From Candidatus Nomurabacteria bacterium (lineage in GTDB: Bacteria; Patescibacteriota; Minisyncoccia; Phycocordibacterales; UBA9973), in NCBI GenBank assembly GCA_026395955.1, contig JAPLXR010000006.1, positions 87,259 through 151,258 of the forward strand: 64,000 nt of DNA, written 5' to 3'. A program made the translations under genes and the position numbers. Under the pieces are notes generated by a model. It saw only the letters and a program-made list of their open reading frames with translations. It ran no database searches and was not told where the DNA came from. Of this stretch, positions 37,668 through 46,170 are shown piece by piece; position 1 is the first letter of the stretch; every line of letters starts with the position of its first letter.

Positions 37668-38411
37668 TTAAGCTTTCTTTAATGCTACAGGTTCTTTTTT
37701 TGTATCACCCATATATAGCTTTCTAGCTAAGAATATTGCTATTAATACTAAGATGATAAGCAATAACCATTGTATGAATGTTGTAGGCATAAATCCTGAA
37801 CCGAAAGCATTTGCTGTGAGACCGTTACAATCTGTGCTATTTATGGCAGAAGCTGTTAAAGCCTTTTTAGCAGTTGTTGTTTTTGCTGGAGTAGCCTTTG
37901 CTGGTGTATTTGTAGTTGCTGGTGGATAATCTCCGACAGTACTAGGGGCTACGGTTGTAGTTGTTTTTGTGATGTTTAAATAAACTCCATTTGAGACATG
38001 TCCAGTGTCTTGATTATATACAGTTACTACATGACTTCCAGATGTGGCTACGTCAGAAGGGTATAGAGCCATACTTAAGTGAGTAGTATTTATATACTTT
38101 GTAGGTCTATTTGATCCGTCTAAACGAGCGACTGATCCTGGATTGAAGTTTGCACCTGTAATATTTATAACTTCATTTGCATTAGTTGAATCTGAAACAC
38201 TGTTCGGTGTTATTGAATAAATAATTGGTGTAGCCACATTATAATAATTATTTGTATTATTGTTGTTATCAACACTTGTAGGATTACCTAGGTAGTAACC
38301 AGGGCCTCCAGCATTAACTTTAGCTGGTGCAAAAGAAAACACTATTAGAGCTAAAACACTCAATAATATCACTGTGTTATATTTAATTGTTTTATTTAAT
38401 ATGTTAGTCAT
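37668..38411 (-). CDS. secreted IPT/TIG-domain protein with a C-terminal membrane anchor
   Basis: Signal peptide; PIIYSITPNS..ITGANF; FMPTTFIQWLL TM plus basic tail. Confidence 0.8.
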   Translation of the reverse strand: MTNILNKTIKYNTVILLSVLALIVFSFAPAKVNAGGPGYYLGNPTSVDNNNNTNNYYNVATPIIYSITPNSVSDSTNANEVINITGANFNPGSVARLDGSNRPTKYINTTHLSMALYPSDVATSGSHVVTVYNQDTGHVSNGVYLNITKTTTTVAPSTVGDYPPATTNTPAKATPAKTTTAKKALTASAINSTDCNGLTANAFGSGFMPTTFIQWLLLIILVLIAIFLARKLYMGDTKKEPVALKKA

Positions 38412-38506
38412 ACTTATATACTAGCATATTACATCTTAAATGTCAAGCCCTATTTAGGTCTTGTTTTTTAAGGATTTAAGAAGTATAATAGGTATTCAAT
38501 AATATT

Positions 38507-38591
38507 GCCCGGATGGCGGAATTGGTATACGCGCACGACTTAAAATCGTGTCTCGCAAGGGATGTGGGTTCGACCCCCACTCCGGGCACCA
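38507..38591 (+). tRNA. tRNA-Leu(TAA)
   Basis: Cloverleaf, CACGA-CT-TAA-AA-TCGTG, long variable arm, encoded CCA. Confidence 0.95.
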
Positions 38592-38605
38592 AAACTTAAT
38601 ATAAT

Positions 38606-38678
38606 GCGCCCATAGCTCAGCTGGTAGAGCAGATCCCTCTTAAGGATAAGGTCCAAGGTTCGATCCCTTGTGGGCGCA
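38606..38678 (+). tRNA. tRNA-Lys(CTT)
   Basis: Cloverleaf, ATCC-CT-CTT-AA-GGAT. Confidence 0.93.
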
Positions 38679-38703
38679 CAATAAATATAAAGTATATTTA
38701 GAT

Positions 38704-38753
38704 AACTGCTGGAGTGGCGGAATTGGTACATATAGTTAGTCTTTTGTACTAGT
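38704..38753 (+). pseudogene. degenerate 5'-half copy of tRNA-Leu(TAG)
   Basis: 25-bp exact repeat AACTGCTGGAGTGGCGGAATTGGTA then a decayed anticodon arm; no T-arm. Confidence 0.7.
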
Positions 38754-38784
38754 AACAAAGCAACAGTTTAAAAAGTTAAAAACT

Positions 38785-38866
38785 GCTGGAGTGGCGGAAT
38801 TGGTATACGCGCTAGTCTTAGGAACTAGTCCCGCAAGGGTTGAGGGTTCGAGTCCCTCCTCCAGCA
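38785..38866 (+). tRNA. tRNA-Leu(TAG)
   Basis: Cloverleaf, CTAGT-CT-TAG-GA-ACTAG, long variable arm. Confidence 0.95.
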
Positions 38867-38870
38867 CAGT

Positions 38871-38942
38871 GGCCTAGTCGCCAAGTGGTAAGGCAAAGAT
38901 CTGCAAAATCTTTATACGACGGTTCGATTCCGTCCTAGGCCT
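38871..38942 (+). tRNA. tRNA-Cys(GCA)
   Basis: Cloverleaf, AAGAT-CT-GCA-AA-ATCTT, U73. Confidence 0.94.
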
Positions 38943-38955
38943 CAAAAAGTTAGAA

Positions 38956-39279
38956 TTATTTTTCTCGGAGTAATTCGTCAATCTTTTGACGATTCTTTTC
39001 TCCTTTGTCTATATCAACTTCGAGGAATGGTATATGTTTTGTTTCCATATTTTGTTTTAAATAATCACGCATTTCTCCGAGCTTTCTCTTTGCGAAAAGG
39101 AGAGCAGTTTTTTCTTGATTAGAAGGTAAAACTGAAATTAATATTTTAGCCTTCTTCATGTCAGGGGAGACAGAAACGTCTGTGACAGAAATTAATGAAG
39201 CTGAAGTACTTTCGCGATTTAAAAAATTCGCAGTTAATTCTTTGACTAATTTATTTACTTTTTCCATTCTTTCAGACAT
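38956..39279 (-). CDS. rbfA: ribosome-binding factor A
   Basis: SVTDVSVSPDMKKAKI, IPFL..D; directly follows infB. Confidence 0.92.
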   Translation of the reverse strand: MSERMEKVNKLVKELTANFLNRESTSASLISVTDVSVSPDMKKAKILISVLPSNQEKTALLFAKRKLGEMRDYLKQNMETKHIPFLEVDIDKGEKNRQKIDELLREK

Positions 39280-39280
39280 A

Positions 39281-40783
39281 TTATTTTTGTATTACAGCAA
39301 AACATTCGATAACGTCACCTGCGACGATGTCGAGTTTTGATTCGATCATCATCCCGCATTCTGTTCCTTCTTCGACGACACTTGTTTTTGTTTTACCTTT
39401 TTCTAGATTTACTATTTTTCCACGACCGATTTCAAAATCACGACGTAGTATCTTTACGACTTGGTCTAGGATTATTTTTCCTTCTGTTACTTTTCCTCCG
39501 ACTATTTGTCTTTCTTTTGTACGAGAGAAAGCTTTGATGATTTTCAACTTACCGATAGTTTCTACTGATTCTACTCTAGGACGTCTTTTTTCCATTTCTT
39601 CTTTTAGCCAGTCTGTCATTTTATAAATAATATCAAAAGTAGAAAGAGTGATATTTAATTTTTCTGCCAAGTCGATAGCATTTTTATCAGCCTTCATGTT
39701 GAATGCAATGATAATTGCATTTTCTCCAGCAATAGCATTTTTTACATCTGATTCAGAAATTGGCCCGATGCCTTTTTGAACTATTCTAAATTCAGCACTT
39801 TCACTGTTTATTTTACCTATTTCTTTTTCTATAGCTTCGAGGGATCCTCCAGCATCAGCTTTTAAAATAATAGGAATCATTTTTTTTCCTGTATCTTCTG
39901 CTCTGTTTTGATTTATTTTAGCTGGATTATTTTTTAAGTCTTTTAAGTATTCTTCCATTTCTTTTTTATTTTCAAAAGACATAAATTCACCACCAACCTT
40001 TGGAACTTTGTCGAAGCCTACGAGACGGACAGGGGATGAAAAAGTAGCGTCATTTACAGCTTTCCCTAAAAAGTTTTCCATTATACGTGTACCACAAGAT
40101 GCATCTTCTATTGCGACAGCCATTCCTTTTTTAATACTTCCATTTTTAATTATGAGTGTTGCTTGAATACCTCTCTTTGAATCTAGGTTTGATTCAAGTA
40201 CGAAACCACTAGCAGGCAAGGATGTATCTCCTGTAAAGTTTTCTATTTCTGCCAAGACTAATATAAGTGAAAGCAATTCATCAACGCCAGTACCGACTTT
40301 TGCAGATACTAGTACGAAAGGAGTTTGCCCTCCGAAGTTTTCTAGATAGATTTCATTTTCCGCCAAGTTTATCTTTGTGCGTTCTATATCAGCACCTGGT
40401 TTGTCTATTTTATTTATAGCAACGATACAAGGTGTATTACTTGCAACAATAGTTTTATAAGCTTCAATAGTTTGAGGTTTGACGCCATCTTCTGCTGAAA
40501 CCATAAGTATTGCAATATCTGCAATCTTTGCACCACGTTCGCGCATTTTTGAAAAAGCCTCGTGCCCTGGTGTGTCGAGGAAAGTAATTTTTTTATCTAC
40601 TCCTTTTTCATCTTTATGAATAACTTCATAAGCAGAAATGTGTTGAGTAATACCACCGGCTTCACGATCAACAATATTTGTCTTGCGGATATAGTCTAGC
40701 AATGTTGATTTACCATGGTCGATATGACCCATCACTGCGACGACTGGTGGGCATTCTATTAGATTATTTTTTTTATTTTCCAT
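39281..40783 (-). CDS. infB: translation initiation factor IF-2 (short, lacks the N-terminal domain)
   Basis: [38 protein letters not shown]. Confidence 0.97.
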   Translation of the reverse strand: MENKKNNLIECPPVVAVMGHIDHGKSTLLDYIRKTNIVDREAGGITQHISAYEVIHKDEKGVDKKITFLDTPGHEAFSKMRERGAKIADIAILMVSAEDGVKPQTIEAYKTIVASNTPCIVAINKIDKPGADIERTKINLAENEIYLENFGGQTPFVLVSAKVGTGVDELLSLILVLAEIENFTGDTSLPASGFVLESNLDSKRGIQATLIIKNGSIKKGMAVAIEDASCGTRIMENFLGKAVNDATFSSPVRLVGFDKVPKVGGEFMSFENKKEMEEYLKDLKNNPAKINQNRAEDTGKKMIPIILKADAGGSLEAIEKEIGKINSESAEFRIVQKGIGPISESDVKNAIAGENAIIIAFNMKADKNAIDLAEKLNITLSTFDIIYKMTDWLKEEMEKRRPRVESVETIGKLKIIKAFSRTKERQIVGGKVTEGKIILDQVVKILRRDFEIGRGKIVNLEKGKTKTSVVEEGTECGMMIESKLDIVAGDVIECFAVIQK

Positions 40784-40787
40784 AATA

Positions 40788-41246
40788 TTATTTAATTTCG
40801 GCTTTCTTTAAAGCTTCTTTTTCTTCAGCACTTAATTCGTATTCTGATTTTCCAGCCTTTATCGGTTTTGCGAACACACTCATTCTCTCACGGGAATATA
40901 AACTTGAAATAACGACACCATCATTTTCTTCGTTAAGTAGTCCGATAGCAAAACTTTGATTTGAACCTTGGTCAGGGAATGGATTGAAGCGGATTGTTTC
41001 GAGTCCACGGATACTTTGTTTGAGTTTATTGTTTATAACAACGATTTCTTTTTCAATATTACTGCGAGCTTGTTTTAAAGTCTCAATATCTGCTTCTAAA
41101 ACAGCTATTGTTTCTTCTAAATCTTTAGCTTTTTTACCAAGGAAAAATTTGGTTAAACGCTTTTCTGTTTTGATAATCCAAAAAACAATAGAGAGTATCC
41201 CTAGTCCTGAAATAGCAAAAAAGATGATTTGAAACTTTGCATTCAT
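40788..41246 (-). CDS. DUF4446-like protein
   Basis: TM plus coiled coil; RFNPF..G.NQSFAIGLL..DGVVISSL..R..AKP..LS.EE. Confidence 0.8.
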   Translation of the reverse strand: MNAKFQIIFFAISGLGILSIVFWIIKTEKRLTKFFLGKKAKDLEETIAVLEADIETLKQARSNIEKEIVVINNKLKQSIRGLETIRFNPFPDQGSNQSFAIGLLNEENDGVVISSLYSRERMSVFAKPIKAGKSEYELSAEEKEALKKAEIK

Positions 41247-41272
41247 ATGAGTAAATAGTATATACTTTTTTT

Positions 41273-42487
41273 ATGAAAAAATCAAAGAAAATATACTTAG
41301 ATTACGCTTCAGCCACTCCAATAGACGGAGATGTTTTGAAAGTGTTCAATAAAGCTTTGAAGGAAAATTTTGCTAATGCTAGTGCTATTCACGATATGGC
41401 AGTCGAAAACAAGAAGGTTTTGGATATTGCTCGCAAGGATGTCGCGCGTTTTTTTGATGCTCATAGTAATGAAATTATTTTTACGAGTGGATCTACTGAA
41501 AGTAATAATATAGTAATTCAAAATTTTAAAAATATAATCACAACAAATATAGAACATGCTTCAATACTAGAACCTGCTCGTTTGGTAAATACTACTTTTG
41601 TCGGAGTTGAAGCAAGTGGAATAATAGATCCGAAGAAAATAAAAAAAGCACTGACTTTGGAAACAGAATTGGTTTCTGTAATGTATGCAAATAATGAAAT
41701 TGGAACAATACAACCCATAAAAGAAATAGCGAAAGAAATTCGTCATTTTAATAAAACAAATAATACAAAAATTTTATTTCACACTGACGCAACACAAGCT
41801 GTGAATTATTTAGATATGAATGTTGAGAGGCTCGGTGTAGACATTATGTCTTTCAATGCTGGGAAAATTTATGGACCGAAGGGAATAGGGGCTTTGTATA
41901 TTCGTCGTAGAACTCCGATTAAAAAAATAATTTTTGGTGGAGATCAAGAAAATGGAATACGTGCAGGGACAGAAAATTTACCAGCTATTTTAGCTTTTGC
42001 TGAAGCTTTGAAAATTACAGAAAAAATAAAAGATAAAGAAAATAAAAGATTAAAAAAATTACAAGAATATTTTGTGAATAAACTTTTGAAGAATCAAAAT
42101 TCTCTCGGTCCTCGGGTCGCTGCGCTCAACCAGACACTCGACAATTTTAATTCTTCAAAAGTTAAAATTAATGGGGATTTGGAAAACAGATTACCAAATA
42201 ATATAAATATCACTATACCTAAAATACCGAGTGATTTGCTTGTAATAGAGCTTTCAGCTCGAGGTGTGATGGTGTCTGCGAAAAGTGCTTGTAAGTCAGG
42301 GGATGAAAAAGCTTCGCATGTTATCCAAGCAATACGAGAATCTGAGCAAGGGGAGTCCTTACTCAATAAAGAAGTTGATGGATCTATTCGTTTTTCTATG
42401 GGACGTGAGACTACAAAACAAGATATTGATTATACTTTAAAGTCTCTTTCTCAAATTTTGTCTAAATTAAAAAAGTGGTATACTTAG
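41273..42487 (+). CDS. cysteine desulfurase (IscS/NifS group I)
   Basis: YLDYASATP, ANNEIG, HTDATQ, KIYGPKG, RAGTEN, SAC. Confidence 0.93.
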   Translation: MKKSKKIYLDYASATPIDGDVLKVFNKALKENFANASAIHDMAVENKKVLDIARKDVARFFDAHSNEIIFTSGSTESNNIVIQNFKNIITTNIEHASILEPARLVNTTFVGVEASGIIDPKKIKKALTLETELVSVMYANNEIGTIQPIKEIAKEIRHFNKTNNTKILFHTDATQAVNYLDMNVERLGVDIMSFNAGKIYGPKGIGALYIRRRTPIKKIIFGGDQENGIRAGTENLPAILAFAEALKITEKIKDKENKRLKKLQEYFVNKLLKNQNSLGPRVAALNQTLDNFNSSKVKINGDLENRLPNNINITIPKIPSDLLVIELSARGVMVSAKSACKSGDEKASHVIQAIRESEQGESLLNKEVDGSIRFSMGRETTKQDIDYTLKSLSQILSKLKKWYT

Positions 42488-42490
42488 GTT

Positions 42491-43021
42491 ATGGATATGA
42501 AAGAATTAAATAAATCCCAGTTAATATTATTGGCGTTGCTGATTTCTTTTGTGACGTCTATCGCCACAGGTATTTCAGCTGTGACACTTATGCAACAAGC
42601 TCCTGCTTCAGTAACTACTCCCATACAGAAAATAGTTAGGCAAACAGTCGAAAAGATTGTTCCATCTGATACAAAAGGGGATGCACTTACAGCAGATCAA
42701 CAAAAATTACTTGAAAATTTAAAAGCGATTCAGCCTCTCACTGTAACTCTTGTTTCAAAAGGAGATTCTACTAAAAATACAAATGATAAAATTTTAGGCA
42801 CTGGATTGTTTTTAGGTAATGATAAGGTTGTAATTTCTTCTGTTGTAGCTCAGCCAAAAGACGGGGAAATATATATTGTAAAAAGTGTTTTGGGAGAACA
42901 AAAAATTTCAAAACTTACAGCTGACAAAGATTTTACTGTTGTAGAACTAGCCCCAGTAGATACAACACCAAGCTCTAATACAAATTCTAGCGACAATTCA
43001 TCTATAGTTCCAGTTCAGTAA
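42491..43021 (+). CDS. hypothetical membrane-anchored protein
   Basis: N-terminal TM (QLILLALLISFVTSIATGI); short beta-rich domain. Confidence 0.65.
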   Translation: MDMKELNKSQLILLALLISFVTSIATGISAVTLMQQAPASVTTPIQKIVRQTVEKIVPSDTKGDALTADQQKLLENLKAIQPLTVTLVSKGDSTKNTNDKILGTGLFLGNDKVVISSVVAQPKDGEIYIVKSVLGEQKISKLTADKDFTVVELAPVDTTPSSNTNSSDNSSIVPVQ

Positions 43022-43058
43022 TTTGATTTATTAATAATTAGTGTTATTTTGTATAAAT

Positions 43059-45728
43059 ATGCCACCATTAAACCGTTTTACAACTAAAGCAAAAGAAGCG
43101 ATTAAAAAAGCTCACGAGCTCGCTATTGAACGTGGACAAAATCATGTTTCTTCTATGCATTTACTAACAGCACTTTTATTGCAAGAAGAAAGTATTGTTC
43201 TTTCTATTCTAGACAAAATGGAAATAGATACTATGCTTTTGACTGATTCTACTTTAGAAGCGATAGAAATGCCTGAATCACGTGCAACTCTTTCACCTGC
43301 ATATCAAATTTATTTAACTCCAGACATGGCGTCAGCGCTCGAACAATCTGCAAAATCTGCAGAAGTAATGAAAGATGAATTTGTTTCTACAGAGCATCTT
43401 TTTATTGCATTACTCGAAATACAAAGTGATGCGCACGATATGCTCGCTCGTTTTAAAATCTTTAAAGAAACTGTTTTAAAAATTTTGGCAGAATTACGCG
43501 TGCAAGGTCATGACAATGCTTCCACTCCAAAGAAAAATAAATTAATTACAAAATATACTCGTAATGTTACAAAACTTGCTCGTGAAGATAAGCTCGATCC
43601 TGTTATTGGTCGTGATACTGAAATAATGCGCATAATGCAAATACTTTCTCGTCGTACAAAAAATAACCCTATCTTAATAGGTGAAGCTGGTACAGGGAAA
43701 ACTGCTGTTGTAGAAGGCCTTGCAAATAGAATTGCAAAAGGGGATGTTTCTGAATCACTCCGTGATAAAGAAATTGTTTCTCTTGATCTCGGCTCTATGA
43801 TTGCTGGCACAAAATACCGCGGAGAATTTGAAGAGCGTTTGAATGGTTTAATGAAAGAAATAGAAAGAGCTGAAGGAAAAATAATTCTCTTTATAGATGA
43901 AATACATACTATCGTCGGTGCAGGTGGAGCAGAGGGAACTCTCGATGCTTCAAATATGTTAAAGCCAGCACTTGCTCGTGGAGAACTCCGTGCTATCGGT
44001 GCGACAACTTTAAAAGAATATCAAAAACATATTGAGAAAGATCCAGCATTGGCTCGTCGTTTTCAACCTGTTTATGTAGATGAACCAAGTACCGAAGACG
44101 CGATAGCAATACTCCGTGGCCTCAAAGAAAAATATGAACTTTTCCATGGTGTGCGTATTACAGATGATGCGATACTTTCTGCTGTGAATTTGAGTGCTCG
44201 ATATATCACAAATAGATTTTTGCCTGATAAAGCTATCGACCTTATAGACGAAGCTTCTTCATCACTTAAAATTGCTTTAGAAAATAAACCACAAGCTCTC
44301 GAAGAAGCACATAGAAAAATAATGCGTTTGGAAATCGAAAAAGAAGCTTTGAAGAAAGAGTCTGATAAAAATTCTAAAAATCGTGTGAAAGATATCGATG
44401 ATGCTATTGCCAATCTAAAAGAAAAAACAAAAGAAATAGAATTGAAATGGAAAAATGAAAAAGCTACAGTTATCGAAATTCGTTCTATTAAAAAAGAGTT
44501 AGAAACTTTACGCCTCGATGCAGAGAATGCTGAAATGCGTGCAAATCTTTCTCTCGCAGCAGAGATTCGTTATGGAAAAATTCCTGAATTGAAAAAAGAA
44601 TTAGAAACTAAACTTCTTCGTTTGAAAAAATTACAAAAGTCTCGCCGAATACTGAAAGAAGAAATTACAGCGGAAGATATTGCCGAAGTTGTAGCTCGTT
44701 GGACTGGTATTCCACTTACAAAAATGATGGAAGAAGAAAGAGCAAAATTAGCCCGAATGGAAGAAGAATTGGCTAAACGCGTTATCGGTCAAAAGGAAGC
44801 TATTACTCGCGTAGCAGACGTTATACGCCGTTCTCGTGCTGGTATTTCAGACCCAAATAGACCAATAGGTTCATTTATATTCCTCGGTCCTACAGGAGTA
44901 GGAAAGACAGAGCTTACAAAGGCTTTAGCTCAATTTATGTTCAATGATGATCGTGCACTTATTCGTGTCGATATGTCTGAATTTATGGAGCGTCATAGTG
45001 TCTCAAAGCTTATCGGTTCTCCACCAGGATATGTCGGTTATGAAGAAGCTGGACAGCTGACAGAGTCAGTCCGTCATCGTCCTTATGCTGTGATACTTTT
45101 TGATGAAATTGAAAAAGCTCATCCAGAAGTTTTCAATATGCTACTGCAAGTTCTAGATGAAGGACGCCTCACAGATGGAAAGGGTAGAATTGTAAATTTT
45201 AAAAATACAATTATTATTTTGACTTCAAACATCGGTTCACAATTTGTAGAAAAAATGGAATCAATTGGTTTCTCAAATAATTCTGCAAGTGAAAATTATT
45301 CTCAAACAAAAGATAAAGTAATGGAGTCTTTGAAAGATAATTTTTCTCCAGAATTTTTGAATCGTCTAGATGAGACTATTGTTTTTGATATTTTATCTCC
45401 AGAAGCAATTCGTGAGATTGTAAATTTGAGAATTCAAGTTGTTGCTGAGAGATTGAAAATAAAAGAAATAGGTTTTGAAATTTCAGAGCAAGCGCTAGAT
45501 TATCTAGCAAAAGAAGGTTATGATCCGCATTTCGGAGCTCGCCCTATAAACAGACTTATTCAAACTAAAATACTTAATCCTGTGGCTTCATACATAATTA
45601 GCAAGGGCGTGAAGAAAGGAGACAAGGTTTATGTAACTATGAAAAATAATGAGCTCAATATTGAAACTAAAAAAGAAAAGATAAAAAGCCCATTTGTTTC
45701 AAAAGCTAAAGAAGAAAAGAGTAAGTAA
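43059..45728 (+). CDS. clpB: ATP-dependent chaperone ClpB (Clp/Hsp100 class I)
   Basis: N-domain repeats, two AAA modules ([16 protein letters not shown]), long coiled-coil M-domain with AAEIRYG. Confidence 0.9.
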   Translation: MPPLNRFTTKAKEAIKKAHELAIERGQNHVSSMHLLTALLLQEESIVLSILDKMEIDTMLLTDSTLEAIEMPESRATLSPAYQIYLTPDMASALEQSAKSAEVMKDEFVSTEHLFIALLEIQSDAHDMLARFKIFKETVLKILAELRVQGHDNASTPKKNKLITKYTRNVTKLAREDKLDPVIGRDTEIMRIMQILSRRTKNNPILIGEAGTGKTAVVEGLANRIAKGDVSESLRDKEIVSLDLGSMIAGTKYRGEFEERLNGLMKEIERAEGKIILFIDEIHTIVGAGGAEGTLDASNMLKPALARGELRAIGATTLKEYQKHIEKDPALARRFQPVYVDEPSTEDAIAILRGLKEKYELFHGVRITDDAILSAVNLSARYITNRFLPDKAIDLIDEASSSLKIALENKPQALEEAHRKIMRLEIEKEALKKESDKNSKNRVKDIDDAIANLKEKTKEIELKWKNEKATVIEIRSIKKELETLRLDAENAEMRANLSLAAEIRYGKIPELKKELETKLLRLKKLQKSRRILKEEITAEDIAEVVARWTGIPLTKMMEEERAKLARMEEELAKRVIGQKEAITRVADVIRRSRAGISDPNRPIGSFIFLGPTGVGKTELTKALAQFMFNDDRALIRVDMSEFMERHSVSKLIGSPPGYVGYEEAGQLTESVRHRPYAVILFDEIEKAHPEVFNMLLQVLDEGRLTDGKGRIVNFKNTIIILTSNIGSQFVEKMESIGFSNNSASENYSQTKDKVMESLKDNFSPEFLNRLDETIVFDILSPEAIREIVNLRIQVVAERLKIKEIGFEISEQALDYLAKEGYDPHFGARPINRLIQTKILNPVASYIISKGVKKGDKVYVTMKNNELNIETKKEKIKSPFVSKAKEEKSK

Positions 45729-45782
45729 AACAAAATATAAAAAAGATGCAAAAAATTTAATTTTATGATATCTTTTTTATAT

Positions 45783-45865
45783 GCGTCGGTGGTAGAGTGG
45801 TCAATTACAACAGACTGTAAATCTGTCGCCTTCGGGCTACGAAGGTTCAAATCCTTCCCGACGCA
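45783..45865 (+). tRNA. tRNA-Tyr(GTA)
   Basis: ACAGA-CT-GTA-AA-TCTGT, long variable arm. Confidence 0.95.
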
Positions 45866-45871
45866 CACTTT

Positions 45872-45900
45872 AAATACCCCTATTTTCAAGGGGTATTTTT
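45872..45900 (+). terminator. tRNA-Tyr terminator
   Basis: AAATACCCCT...AGGGGTATTTTT. Confidence 0.7.
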
Positions 45901-46170
45901 GTACCCTGTTTAAGGGTTGGAACTTCAGAAAATATATAAATCTGAAACTAATATTTTTAAAATTTAAATTCCGTTCCACAGGAGAGTGCGGGAGGAATGC
46001 GGGGCGGGGGTTTTGGTAAGGGGGCTATAAAGGTAGTATAGTCCCTGACATTGAAGGTGTAGCTGCGAAGTTTGGATGTAACTGACCCATCATACCATTA
46101 AAATCTGACACGAACGTAACATTAAAACCAAAAGTGAATGGCAATTTAAAAACATTAAATTGATTCAAAT

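Noticed and set aside
38540-38758. ORF-track ORFs over tRNAs (also 45629-46019, 49386-49661, 59936-60166)
   Set aside because: Shadow frames of clear tRNA genes.
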